Source: Parcubacteria group bacterium (GTDB taxonomy: Bacteria; Patescibacteriota; Minisyncoccia; Moranbacterales; UBA2206). Taken from it: DNA of 64,000 nucleotides. The notes beneath the pieces were generated by a model that saw only the letters and a list, made by a program, of their open reading frames with translations, was not told where the DNA came from and did not search any database. Position numbers and translations under genes: made by a program. The DNA lies in contig JBAZYF010000003.1 in NCBI GenBank assembly GCA_041659505.1, positions 150,026 through 214,025 on the forward strand, written 5' to 3'. Shown in pieces: positions 21,649 through 30,922 of the stretch (position 1 is its first letter; each line of letters begins with the position of its first letter).

Positions 21649-22443
21649 TTAGAGTTTATCGTATTCCCGCACCGACAGTTTTTCATCCCGATAGAATACG
21701 CCGTTATATTCAACTGGCTTTCCCATTTCGGCGGCCCGCCACGGCATATCCTCGTGAGAAAGATCGGAAAGCTCTTTGGCGGTTTTATCAGCTAATCGCC
21801 GAAGTTCCCAATCGATATGCTTGATTTCTTGAGCGGTGAGCGGTGTCAAATCAACTTGATAGTCGGGATTTAGGAAATATTTTTTCTGATCCCGGTCATA
21901 GAATTTCGACCTAACCTCTTCAATCTCATTTTTAGCTTTCATTTCTTCCACAATCTTGGCAAACATCACCGGAGTCGGGCCAAAATGATTTTTAATATAC
22001 ACCGCGCCCATCAATTGCTCTTCATATTTTTCATAATAATCGAAGTCGATGAAATAGAGTAACTTATAGATCGCAGTCATGCCGATATTCGGTTTTCCTC
22101 CAACCTTTTTCAAGATATAGGTCAAGACCGTTTTGAATTTTTTCTGATTCTTAACCGGCACGGAAATTCTGATCTCATTTTCATTTTTCTTTTCTTTTCT
22201 ATCCCCTTCCGCTTCCAAAACAACAGTTTTGTCTATCACGTCAGTGTCGGACAAAAATTCCACAAGCGTCATACCAAAAATTTCCGCCAGCAGTCCCGCT
22301 TCGGTCACGGTGATGTCCCGCTCGCCTTTTTCGATTTGCATGTACGTCGGACGGGAAAGGCTCAATTTTTTAGCTAGATAGTCTTGAGAATAACCCTGCT
22401 TCAAACGAAGCTTTTTGATTTTCTCATATAATTTTTTAGGCAT
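21649..22443 (-). CDS. XRE-HTH plus Panacea (DUF4065/SocA-like) antitoxin
   Basis: N-terminal HTH (SQDYLAKKLSLSRPTYMQIEKGER); KLLYFIDF, GPTP, LSDLSHEDMPW. Confidence 0.85.
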   Translation of the reverse strand: MPKKLYEKIKKLRLKQGYSQDYLAKKLSLSRPTYMQIEKGERDITVTEAGLLAEIFGMTLVEFLSDTDVIDKTVVLEAEGDRKEKKNENEIRISVPVKNQKKFKTVLTYILKKVGGKPNIGMTAIYKLLYFIDFDYYEKYEEQLMGAVYIKNHFGPTPVMFAKIVEEMKAKNEIEEVRSKFYDRDQKKYFLNPDYQVDLTPLTAQEIKHIDWELRRLADKTAKELSDLSHEDMPWRAAEMGKPVEYNGVFYRDEKLSVREYDKL

Positions 22444-22493
22444 AGTTTTGATACTTTTTACTTATACCCAAATCTTACACCGCATAATATCTT

Positions 22494-22512
22494 TTGTCAA
22501 ATATTTTGACAA
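22494..22512. promoter_or_regulatory. Inverted-repeat operator upstream of the TA operon
   Basis: TTGTCAAATATTTTGACAA about 50 bp upstream of the HTH-Panacea gene. Confidence 0.55.
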
Positions 22513-22549
22513 TAGCTATTGTGAGATTATTTGACATATCCCTATCACC

Positions 22550-22669
22550 CTATTTCACGATAAAAGCCTTGTACAAAATCAATTGCTCCGGCCGATTAGC
22601 CAGCATGATAGCGAATTCCTCTTCGCCGTCCCACTGGGCGAGGAGGGAGAGTAGTTTTGAGTGGTTCAT
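22550..22669 (-). pseudogene. Gene-start remnant, copy 2 (MNHSKLLSLLAQWDGEEEFAIMLANRPEQ...)
   Basis: 39-codon ORF homologous to 21182-21256; could be a real microprotein. Confidence 0.5.
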
Positions 22670-22689
22670 TTTTTTGTACGAAAAATTTA

Positions 22690-23415
22690 TTAGATGTTTT
22701 TTATATAATGACAATTTGGAAAATTGGAACAGCCATAAAAATTTTCTCCCGCATGAGAACCTTTGTGCGCAGTTTTCAAAACCAAGTGACCACCACACTT
22801 TGGACATTTTTCAGAAATGCTAGATCCAAAGACGGGACGATTAGAAATTGCTTTGTCCAATCCAGCCGTCTTCACATATTCCATCAATTTTTTTCCATCA
22901 ATCAATTCGATTGATTTTCCCACTGCGAAGTTTTCCGCTTCCAACGTGAAAACATTGGTCGTGATAAAAAAGGCCTTTGCGTCAGAAAGCTTGTCAACTA
23001 CAGCGCCATAGAAATCACGCATCGCTCCGACAGATACTTGCTGAGTGATGAATTTTTTGCATTGAATGTAGTGCTTCGCTCCCTCTTTTGTAGCGATCGC
23101 ATCAATTCCTCCGTCATTTGGCCTTCCAACTGCTTCAGTTGCATAACCTAATTTATCAAAAAGATGACAAATAAACTCTTCGAACTGAGTTGGGGTTAAG
23201 TTTTTTATCGCCTCCAGTGAATTTTTACTTTCAAAAAAGCTCCTCTTCTTTCGCTTCTTGTATAAAACATAAATAGCTATAGGCAAGAATAAAGCCACGA
23301 GTATAATAGAAACCCCTAAAGCTATATTTTTGAATAGCAATGGTAAGACCTTTATAAACACAACGAGTGCATATAGTACAAATACCATCTCGCCCATTGA
23401 TTGTTTTTTAGCCAT
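22690..23415 (-). CDS. Mrr-family restriction endonuclease with N-terminal TMs and a C-terminal topoisomerase-type Zn ribbon
   Basis: QFEEFI...DGGIDA...IQCKK; CPKCGG...FYGCSNFPNC. Confidence 0.9.
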   Translation of the reverse strand: MAKKQSMGEMVFVLYALVVFIKVLPLLFKNIALGVSIILVALFLPIAIYVLYKKRKKRSFFESKNSLEAIKNLTPTQFEEFICHLFDKLGYATEAVGRPNDGGIDAIATKEGAKHYIQCKKFITQQVSVGAMRDFYGAVVDKLSDAKAFFITTNVFTLEAENFAVGKSIELIDGKKLMEYVKTAGLDKAISNRPVFGSSISEKCPKCGGHLVLKTAHKGSHAGENFYGCSNFPNCHYIKNI

Positions 23416-23487
23416 TTTTGTTTTATGCAAGTAATTAATTACGTAATTAAATTTTTTAGAATCACCAGTTGAATTAATTTGCCGTGT

Positions 23488-24294
23488 CTATAGTATAATT
23501 TCAATTTCATTCGCAATAGTAATGTTAATAACTCTAAGCTCCACATCACCAAATCTTTTTATTCTTTGCGCTATTTTAATAGCATCTTCTTTTGTAATGC
23601 TCTCCGAAACCAACACGATGAGAACTGGCAAATCTATCAATAAAAATCTAATTCTTTCAAGGGTCCTCCTTATATAGAATTCCCCAATAAAATCAGCCCT
23701 CTCTGATTTTACATACTTAATCTCAACAATTTTTGAAATTACATCGCTAACTGGAGAATCGTAAAGTATGCCATCTGTAATTAAATTACCTCGTTTTGTT
23801 TCTATTTTTATTTCAGGCTTAAAATAAGTGCCATATTCACTTGATAAAAACTCCAGCGCTCTGCTTTCTGCGATTTTAATTTTATTTCTCTCTTCCTGAA
23901 ATTGCTTTTTTCTATCTATTTTCTCAGCATCACATTTGATACTATCGACACTCTCATCTTCTTGTTTTTTGTCCATTTCTGATCGAGTAGCTGGCTCTGT
24001 TTTTAGGTTCTGGCCGATATGCTCACTTTTACTTCTAAAAATAATTGCTAATTTTTGCATAAACTCCTCGCTAGCAATAATAAGACCACCAATAAAAAGT
24101 GAAACACTAAACACCCATCCATTTTTTGATATAATTGCAACAACAAACACAGCTAGTCCGCCAATAATTTTTTGAAGGCTTTTTTCATTATCATCTCTAA
24201 AAAATAACAATTTTACAAAAGCCAAAATCATCAATAGCAAAAAGGTGTATGTTGATATTGCTTGTAGACATTCAAATTTTATTATAGTTACCAT
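23488..24294 (-). CDS. Hypothetical protein: about 3 TMs plus a possible PD-(D/E)xK nuclease domain
   Basis: Hydrophobic N-terminus; LITDGIL...IVEIKY pattern. Confidence 0.55.
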   Translation of the reverse strand: MVTIIKFECLQAISTYTFLLLMILAFVKLLFFRDDNEKSLQKIIGGLAVFVVAIISKNGWVFSVSLFIGGLIIASEEFMQKLAIIFRSKSEHIGQNLKTEPATRSEMDKKQEDESVDSIKCDAEKIDRKKQFQEERNKIKIAESRALEFLSSEYGTYFKPEIKIETKRGNLITDGILYDSPVSDVISKIVEIKYVKSERADFIGEFYIRRTLERIRFLLIDLPVLIVLVSESITKEDAIKIAQRIKRFGDVELRVINITIANEIEIIL

Positions 24295-24442
24295 ATTTTC
24301 ATTAAACACAAAATCATTGTTATTCCCAGTGTCTCCTAATCACCTCTTTCGTTTTCTTCTCATAAATCCCACTCCTAAAAAAGAAAAGCTAGCCTTGGTT
24401 GGTTCATTTTTTTGTGTATGCAATTAATTGCAAAAAATGAGA

Positions 24443-24733
24443 TTATTTATTTAAAATTTTTTCCAAATATTCTATCTCGGCTTTAAGACATTTTTCCCTG
24501 TATGCAAATTCGTTTTGTTCTTTTGCTATTTCTCCTAAACGCATTGGCTTAAGAACAGGATCATTATGATCATTGTGTAATTTTTCCAAGCTTGCCTGTC
24601 TTCGTTTTAGGTCTTTTTCTGTGCCATATTTTTTTAGTTTTCTATTTTCGATATACTGATAAATATTAAAACAACCACTTAAAATAGTGACAACGCTTAT
24701 AATAATTGCGAGGTTATTTTTTAAAAATTCCAT
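24443..24733 (-). CDS. Hypothetical protein (TM plus coiled coil)
   Basis: 96-aa ORF in the AT-rich operon. Confidence 0.6.
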   Translation of the reverse strand: MEFLKNNLAIIISVVTILSGCFNIYQYIENRKLKKYGTEKDLKRRQASLEKLHNDHNDPVLKPMRLGEIAKEQNEFAYREKCLKAEIEYLEKILNK

Positions 24734-24751
24734 ATTTTTTAATAAAAAAAA

Positions 24752-25234
24752 TTAACCAATGAATGAAACTCCTAAGATCAAATAAATTAAACCAAAAACC
24801 CAAGGAATCAGCAGCTCAATATGAGAAAATGGATAATATAATTTTTCTTTTTTCCCCTCCCCTAAAATCTTCCATTCATAATCATACAATGCCAATGGTA
24901 AATTTTGCTCTATTTCATGGATAACTTTAAATTTACCAGAGTTTAACTGTCTATAGGCTCTAAGTAAGAACCAAAAAATAACGCAAATAACCAACCCGAG
25001 TAATGCCAGAACCATTTTTATCCAATTAAGCTTTTCTATCAGCTTAAGTTGAAAAGACAACCCAAGCACAGATATAAGAACGGTGTTGATGGTTAAGAAG
25101 AAATTATTGGCATTCTGCCTTCTGTCACTAATTCTTTCGGCGCTTTCAACATACATTTTATATTGATCAAAATAATGAGCATAATAATTCTCCCCGTATT
25201 CTGGTGCAGACTTATTTAGAAGCTTTTTATCCAT
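24752..25234 (-). CDS. Small multi-TM protein (RipA-family octameric membrane protein / SLATT-like effector)
   Basis: QYKMYVESAERISDRRQNANNFFLTIN, YRQLNSGKFKVIHEIE, 2-3 TMs; next to TIR. Confidence 0.7.
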   Translation of the reverse strand: MDKKLLNKSAPEYGENYYAHYFDQYKMYVESAERISDRRQNANNFFLTINTVLISVLGLSFQLKLIEKLNWIKMVLALLGLVICVIFWFLLRAYRQLNSGKFKVIHEIEQNLPLALYDYEWKILGEGKKEKLYYPFSHIELLIPWVFGLIYLILGVSFIG

Positions 25235-25241
25235 ACCCTTT

Positions 25242-25643
25242 TTAATATTTATTAACTAGATTTTTTACATTTTCCCATGTCCAATCATAGTACCCTACTA
25301 ATCCTTCTGGCCTAGGGCAACTCTTACCAGGAAAACCTTTCAACCCAACAACAGGAACACAGGACTCTCTCGCCATTGCTATTTCAGCTAGCACTCCATT
25401 GCAAGCATGCGTTCTTTCCCCAACCATAACAATAACCAGGTCACATCTCTTTATTTTAGACAAACATTTTTCTTTCCACTCACCTTGACTCCATGGCTCT
25501 TTCACAGACCAATCTTCCATATCAAATGGTGTGCCATTATTTTTACATTGACCGATAAGGGAATCCCTGAGAAATTGATCATTATCAAAATCAAAGCTAA
25601 TAAATACGCGCTTTTTTTGTTGGTAGTAATTTCTATAATCCAT
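25242..25643 (-). CDS. TIR-domain protein (MTH538/DUF1863, ThsB-like)
   Basis: RVFISFDFDND, DWSV, CDLVIVMVG, VLAEIAMA (putative catalytic Glu). Confidence 0.88.
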   Translation of the reverse strand: MDYRNYYQQKKRVFISFDFDNDQFLRDSLIGQCKNNGTPFDMEDWSVKEPWSQGEWKEKCLSKIKRCDLVIVMVGERTHACNGVLAEIAMARESCVPVVGLKGFPGKSCPRPEGLVGYYDWTWENVKNLVNKY

Positions 25644-25674
25644 ATCCTTTTATTATAAAAATTGAAATTAGTTA

Positions 25675-27531
25675 TTATTTAATTAAACTCTTAAAATATT
25701 CCTTTGTTTCTTTATCTGTAAAATATACATAGCAACCTTTCATGCCTCTAGTCATTAATGTTCTGTAAGTATTTTTGATTATTGACCTGATTTTTTCTTT
25801 CGCCAAAGCTTCATCTTTTTTGAGTAACGTCTTGTATCCTTTAATTGAAGCATCCGTTTTGGCTCTTTTCGATGGGTCAACCAAAACGACTCCGTCTCTT
25901 ACAATCAAATCATCTCCCACGATTACGCCAATATAATCAACCTCCAGGCCTTGGCAAGTATGAATACACCCGGCTTCATTTACAGAATTTTTCGCAATGA
26001 TCCAAAGATTTCCGTCAGAACCAAGATTCCATTGCATCTTAAAGTCATACTCTGGAATGTTAATATCATATAACTTTGAATTTCTTCTGCTAATCCAATC
26101 CCAACAATACCCTGCAACAATTCTAGCTTTGTTGTTTGCTTTATTTTTCTCAACTATGACTTTGCGTAGCTCCTCAGGAGAATCCATGACCTTAAAATCA
26201 AAATCGTCGTCATCCAGAATAACATTTGCCGTTTCTCTGACTTGCAAAGCATTATCTAGCCACGAGAGATATCCGTCCGAACCATTACAACGAAATTGCG
26301 AGCTAAGATCGCTTTCAAAAACATTCGCTCCTAATTTTTTGGCCCATTTTTTAATCTCGTCTTTCTCTCCAATATCATCAAAATGGATCTTTTGATTTTC
26401 ATCAATAAAAAATACTGAGAATTTTGAAGCATTAATTATCTCCTTAATTTGATTTTCTCCCATATTCTTGAACATTCCAGATTTGCTATTGAGGCGATGG
26501 GCTTCATCAACAATTAAAGCTCCAAAGATATTTTTCTTCGCATTATAAAATGATCCTGATCCAGAAAATAGATTTGATATTTCTGTTTTTTTCAAAGTTC
26601 CTACTAATTTACTTTCGTAAACAGTTCTTGGCGCAGAATTTTTTGAGACATACTGAGCAAATAGGCCATTCTTAATAAGCTCGACCATGAGATTTATTGC
26701 TACAACCGACTTTCCCGTTCCTGGACCACCTTCGACGATAAAGACATTCTTGCTTTGATCTGTAGATTTAAGAGCTAAATATTTTGCCTTTTCAAATACA
26801 ACTTTTTGGTCGTCTACCATTACAAATTCACTGTTTCCCAAAAGCATTAGAGATAAGCTGTCTGCCAAGCATTTTGATGGCTTTATTATTCCACTTTCAA
26901 TCTGAAACATTACCTTGCCCTTATCTCCATATTTTACAAATTTCTTGATAAACTCTCTCAGTTTTAATGTCTCTTTCCTCAAAAAAACAGGCGCTCTTTT
27001 TATATGCTCAGCATAAAACTCATTCCTAATTGCCCCATCGTCTATGTAATTATGTAAATATGCACATGGCATTAATGTTATTTCCTCCTTGGTAATAGCT
27101 TCGTTAAAATTATCTAAAAGTGCTGCATATGACCAGGCTTGGTATGCAGGGTGGCTAACTTCGCGCATTCCTCCGCCGACGAATGTTGAAATTATTCCAT
27201 CCATTTCGGTAATTTCCGCTTTTTCCCATTGCTTCAACTCTACAATCACTGCGTGATCTTTTCTGTCATTATTTTGACCAGTTAAAATAAAATCCACTCG
27301 CTTTGATGTTTGTGGAATCTGGTATTCTATCATGACGCCGCAATCACTTGGAATATCCTCGTCTTGAAGAATATTTTCCATGTACATCATAGAATTCTTC
27401 CAGGCATTCATTTCGCTAATTGTGGTTTTTCTTTTTAGCTTTTTCTGAAAAATATCATATATCGCAACTTCGATATTGTTAGTGACAACATCCTGAGAAA
27501 AACCTTGCTTTGTGGATTGATAAACAATCAT
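25675..27531 (-). CDS. DUF2075 (Schlafen group-3-like) helicase with N-terminal nuclease-like domain
   Basis: IEYQIP...RVDFIL...VELKQW; GGPGTGKS; VDEAHRL; SQFRC; HTCQGLE; LMTRG. Confidence 0.92.
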   Translation of the reverse strand: MIVYQSTKQGFSQDVVTNNIEVAIYDIFQKKLKRKTTISEMNAWKNSMMYMENILQDEDIPSDCGVMIEYQIPQTSKRVDFILTGQNNDRKDHAVIVELKQWEKAEITEMDGIISTFVGGGMREVSHPAYQAWSYAALLDNFNEAITKEEITLMPCAYLHNYIDDGAIRNEFYAEHIKRAPVFLRKETLKLREFIKKFVKYGDKGKVMFQIESGIIKPSKCLADSLSLMLLGNSEFVMVDDQKVVFEKAKYLALKSTDQSKNVFIVEGGPGTGKSVVAINLMVELIKNGLFAQYVSKNSAPRTVYESKLVGTLKKTEISNLFSGSGSFYNAKKNIFGALIVDEAHRLNSKSGMFKNMGENQIKEIINASKFSVFFIDENQKIHFDDIGEKDEIKKWAKKLGANVFESDLSSQFRCNGSDGYLSWLDNALQVRETANVILDDDDFDFKVMDSPEELRKVIVEKNKANNKARIVAGYCWDWISRRNSKLYDINIPEYDFKMQWNLGSDGNLWIIAKNSVNEAGCIHTCQGLEVDYIGVIVGDDLIVRDGVVLVDPSKRAKTDASIKGYKTLLKKDEALAKEKIRSIIKNTYRTLMTRGMKGCYVYFTDKETKEYFKSLIK

Positions 27532-27534
27532 AAT

Positions 27535-27882
27535 CTAGAGTTTATTGTATTTAGTATGCCTGCCTTTGGCCTTTTCGATTGGATATTTTTCTTCGTTTTT
27601 TGTTTGCTTTTTGTCCAGCGCTTTCAAAACATCTATTTCTAAATCATGACTCATTAGTAAAACCCAATATAAAACATCGGCCAATTCCTCGCCGATTTCT
27701 TCTTTCGCCTTTTTTGCATACTTCTTCATTTCACTTTCATTCTTCCATTGAAAATGCTCCATTACCTCTGCTGCTTCCAAAACCAAAGACAAGGCTAAAT
27801 CTTTTGGATTATGAAATTGCTTCCAATCTCGCGCGTCACGAGAAGCGATTATTCGTTTTGTCAGATCATCTACTTTTGACAT
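27535..27882 (-). CDS. MazG-like nucleotide pyrophosphohydrolase (dCTPase-like)
   Basis: RDWKQFHNPKDLA, EAAEVMEHFQW, EELADV, KNEEKYP. Confidence 0.92.
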   Translation of the reverse strand: MSKVDDLTKRIIASRDARDWKQFHNPKDLALSLVLEAAEVMEHFQWKNESEMKKYAKKAKEEIGEELADVLYWVLLMSHDLEIDVLKALDKKQTKNEEKYPIEKAKGRHTKYNKL

Positions 27883-27885
27883 AAT

Positions 27886-28062
27886 TTACTTTTTCCAATC
27901 CTCAATAATTAATTTACTCCCCGATTTTTTGACTATCACTTTTTGTTTCTCCCGCCAACCGAGTGCGCGGAATAATTCGATGGGGATGGTGACGGCGATG
28001 GATTGCTTGCCGACCTTGGTCAGCTTGCGGATATTTTTGTCTTCCATTTTTCTGACTGGCAT
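27886..28062 (-). CDS. AbrB/MazE/SpoVT-family DNA-binding protein (58 aa; not in the ORF track)
   Basis: Manual translation MPVRKMEDKNIRKLTKVGKQSIAVTIPIELFRALGWREKQKVIVKKSGSKLIIEDWKK; stop 4 bp before the MazG start. Confidence 0.8.
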   Translation of the reverse strand: MPVRKMEDKNIRKLTKVGKQSIAVTIPIELFRALGWREKQKVIVKKSGSKLIIEDWKK

Positions 28063-28120
28063 ATATTTGTAGGTAAATTATTTAACCATACGGATTTGCG
28101 CTTCTTAATAAGCTCCTACA

Positions 28121-28202
28121 CTGGATTCTCTGCCTACGCCGAGGCTTCGGCAGGCAGGCCGCCGGAGTTTATGCTTGTGAAGCGGGTGCGGGAATGAATG
28201 AC
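28121..28202. repeat. Nested REP-like palindromes
   Basis: CTGGATTC...GCGGGAATGA (halves of the 32538 repeat) split by a CCTACGCCGAGGCTTCGGCAGGCAGG hairpin. Confidence 0.5.
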
Positions 28203-28233
28203 ACGGGGTGTACGTAATTAATTACGTACCACT

Positions 28234-28353
28234 TTAGGCTGCCGCAAACTCTCCCAACTCCTCAAAAACCCCATCGGTGAAATCGGTTGGTTTGAATTTT
28301 AAAATTGCCAGCGCGTTTTTGCGGCAATATTCGAGTTCGGAAAAATTTTTCAT
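28234..28353 (-). pseudogene. Duplicated 3' end of the HD-domain gene at 31976-32485
   Basis: 28251-28340 nearly matches 31993-32083 (ELEYCRKNALAILKFKPTDFTDGVFEELG). Confidence 0.75.
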
Positions 28354-28492
28354 TTTTCTAAAAATAAAGTTTTAAACTATTTTAATACCCAAAAAATCCT
28401 ATCGCCCCTGATATCCAGCCTGTCACTTTATCATTTTACGCCTTTTTGGCTTTTTAGGCTAATTCTAGCAGCTGAAACTCATTGGTCAGCTC

Positions 28493-29926
28493 TTACATTA
28501 AAAAATAATAATCCAATGGCACATTTACAATTTTTTCTTCCTGATCAATGACTAAGGGACTACTAGAAAATACGATTCCGTAATCAGAATTAATCCGACT
28601 CATGCTATGCAAAATTTGCTTCCTATCTTTTTTCCCCAGCCCCACTTCAATCATAATCTGCTTCTTATTGCCAATTTGCAAAATAAAGTCAGCTCCGCTT
28701 TGAGCGCTATCATAACGGAATGCTCCCCCGCCTCGAAGGATAAACTCTCGATACAGATGGGCCCCGACAGAATCTTCTAGTAGCTTTCCCTTTCTGGTCA
28801 TAAAAGTACCTTCTTGCCCGGAAATAGAGAGAAAAGACATCCGAATCGCTGAAGACATAAATAAATATTTCGCTGGTTTTTTTGCGACTGACATATTGGA
28901 TCCATAAGCTGAAACCTTCACAAGCAATTCCGCCTTTTCCAGTGCGTCTAATAGACCGAGCACTGTCAAACGATCAATCTGTAATATTTTTTCTAAAGTA
29001 TTCAGGCTTGTCGTATCATTTTCTGCAAGAATAAAAAGCAGCCGCTTGGCTTGCGTTAGCGTTTTTATGTCGAAACTACCCATCATCGGCAAGTCTTTTT
29101 TTATAATCCCATCCAAAAGCAATGATATTGCATCATAAATTGCCGATTCGTTTGGCAATTGCAAAGTGAATGGCAATGAACCTGACGTCAGAAATCTATC
29201 AACATCTCGCCTATCCACCTTACTCCAATATTCATTCACCGATCTTTGCAAATTACCCAACTTAGCATAAACTTCCCTAGCATCAGCTGAAAAGTATATC
29301 GCCTCTCTGATATTGTTTTTTAATTGCTTTGTTGGATAAACCTTATTTCCAACCATCTCAAATTCCGCAAAACACATCGGGGTCATTCGTTCAAAAATAG
29401 CCCGACCCCTTGAGATATCCGGAGTAGTTTGCAGAACGACTGCCGAAGATCCTGTGCAACAAAAAAATATCCTTGCTGTCTTATCGTGCAAGATCTTAAG
29501 TGTTTTTGCCCACTTGGGATCACTCTGTACTTCATCGAAAAAAATAACAACATCTTCCTGTAGGCTTTCAAGATCAACCTTCAGGATTTCTTCATAAGCT
29601 TGCATTATCTCAGAAATACCTACATTAAATAAATTCCTCGCTTCATCGATGGATAAAAATAATATTCTAAGTTTTTTTCTTTTGAGAATAATATCATTAC
29701 AAATCTGTGCCATTAGGGTTGTTTTTCCGACGCCGCGAAGCCCAGGGATTATAATCAACCTATTGTTTGATTTTTTAGCTAAAAAATCAAACAGATATTT
29801 CTGTATTTTTACAAATAAAAAACGACTAGGGAGCTGCTCCCCTTTTATATCATGCGTATATTTATGGATTCTATCCTCTGTTGTTCTTATTTGCTTTTGC
29901 AAATATTGGATTAGCTCCTGCTGCAT
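28493..29926 (-). CDS. AAA+ ATPase (AAA_14 plus DUF4143-like)
   Basis: GLRGVGKTT, FFDEVQ, TGSS, PMCFAEF, GSLP, C-terminal ADFIL...IEVG. Confidence 0.88.
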   Translation of the reverse strand: MQQELIQYLQKQIRTTEDRIHKYTHDIKGEQLPSRFLFVKIQKYLFDFLAKKSNNRLIIIPGLRGVGKTTLMAQICNDIILKRKKLRILFLSIDEARNLFNVGISEIMQAYEEILKVDLESLQEDVVIFFDEVQSDPKWAKTLKILHDKTARIFFCCTGSSAVVLQTTPDISRGRAIFERMTPMCFAEFEMVGNKVYPTKQLKNNIREAIYFSADAREVYAKLGNLQRSVNEYWSKVDRRDVDRFLTSGSLPFTLQLPNESAIYDAISLLLDGIIKKDLPMMGSFDIKTLTQAKRLLFILAENDTTSLNTLEKILQIDRLTVLGLLDALEKAELLVKVSAYGSNMSVAKKPAKYLFMSSAIRMSFLSISGQEGTFMTRKGKLLEDSVGAHLYREFILRGGGAFRYDSAQSGADFILQIGNKKQIMIEVGLGKKDRKQILHSMSRINSDYGIVFSSSPLVIDQEEKIVNVPLDYYFLM

Positions 29927-29939
29927 ATATATTAAACTA

Positions 29940-29963
29940 TACTAGTAAGTTATGTTACTAGTA
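29940..29963. promoter_or_regulatory. Inverted repeat upstream of the ATPase
   Basis: TACTAGTAA-GTTATG-TTACTAGTA, with a third ACTAGT at 29975. Confidence 0.45.
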
Positions 29964-30057
29964 TATTATATTAGACTAGTAATGTCAAACAGTGTTTTTT
30001 TGGCTTAAATATAGTGTTTTTATCCTAATTCTCTTGTTGGATATCTCCTATTCAACC

Positions 30058-30729
30058 CTAGACGAGCTGTTTTTCTTTTAAGCTTGCATAGGCACTTTTT
30101 GTGATTATCACATGATCCAACACCTCAATCCCTAAAATCTTCCCCGCCTCCTTGAGGCGCTTGGTCACTTCCAAGTCATCTTCCGACGGTTCGGCGTTAC
30201 CGGAAGGATGATTGTGCGCGAGAATAACTGACGCCGCCAACTGATCAATGGCCGACTTGAAAACTTCGCGCGGATGAATGAGGCTGGCGTTGAGCGTGCC
30301 GATGGAAACGGTTTCTTTGTGAATCAGTTGACTGCGCGCGTTGAGATAGAGCGCGACAAAATGTTCTTTTTTCATGGTGCGCAATTCTTGCAATTGCGCC
30401 ACGACATCTTTGGCGGAAATAATCATCGGAAGGTTGTTGTCCTCCACTTCCAAGGCGCGCTTGGTCAACTCAAATGCCGCTAAAAAAAGACACGCCTTTG
30501 CCGGACCGATACCTTTAATTTTTGATAGACTTTTATAATCAAGTTCTAATAGTTTTTTCTTGGGAAATTTAGCCAGTATTCCACTGGAAATCTTCAAAAC
30601 ATTTTTGCCTTTTATCCCCGTTCGTAGTAAAATCGCCATCAACTCACTATCGCGAAGATTTTCCACTCCTCTTTCCCGCAACTTCTCTCTTGGCATTTCA
30701 TGTTTTGGCAAGTCTTTGATTTTTGGCAT
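30058..30729 (-). CDS. radC: RadC-family JAB-domain protein
   Basis: PREKL, ELMAILLRTG, HhH GIGPAKA, HPREVF, AHNHPSG, DH. Confidence 0.95.
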   Translation of the reverse strand: MPKIKDLPKHEMPREKLRERGVENLRDSELMAILLRTGIKGKNVLKISSGILAKFPKKKLLELDYKSLSKIKGIGPAKACLFLAAFELTKRALEVEDNNLPMIISAKDVVAQLQELRTMKKEHFVALYLNARSQLIHKETVSIGTLNASLIHPREVFKSAIDQLAASVILAHNHPSGNAEPSEDDLEVTKRLKEAGKILGIEVLDHVIITKSAYASLKEKQLV

Positions 30730-30922
30730 AATTACTTTTTCCAAATATAATTACTCTTTCAAAAACCCCATCGGTAATTCAATCCTACTCCAATTCCCCT
30801 CTTTCGTAAAGAAAAGTTCGCCAAAACAGGCGCATTTTTTATTAAGCTCGAAAAATGGCCAGAACGAAATTGCTTGGGAAAAATTTGCCCATGATCAGCA
30901 TTTCCAAAAATCACACCTCAAG

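Noticed and set aside
24752-25643. Canonical Thoeris
   Set aside because: There is no ThsA (SIR2-SLOG or TM-macro) next to the TIR gene.
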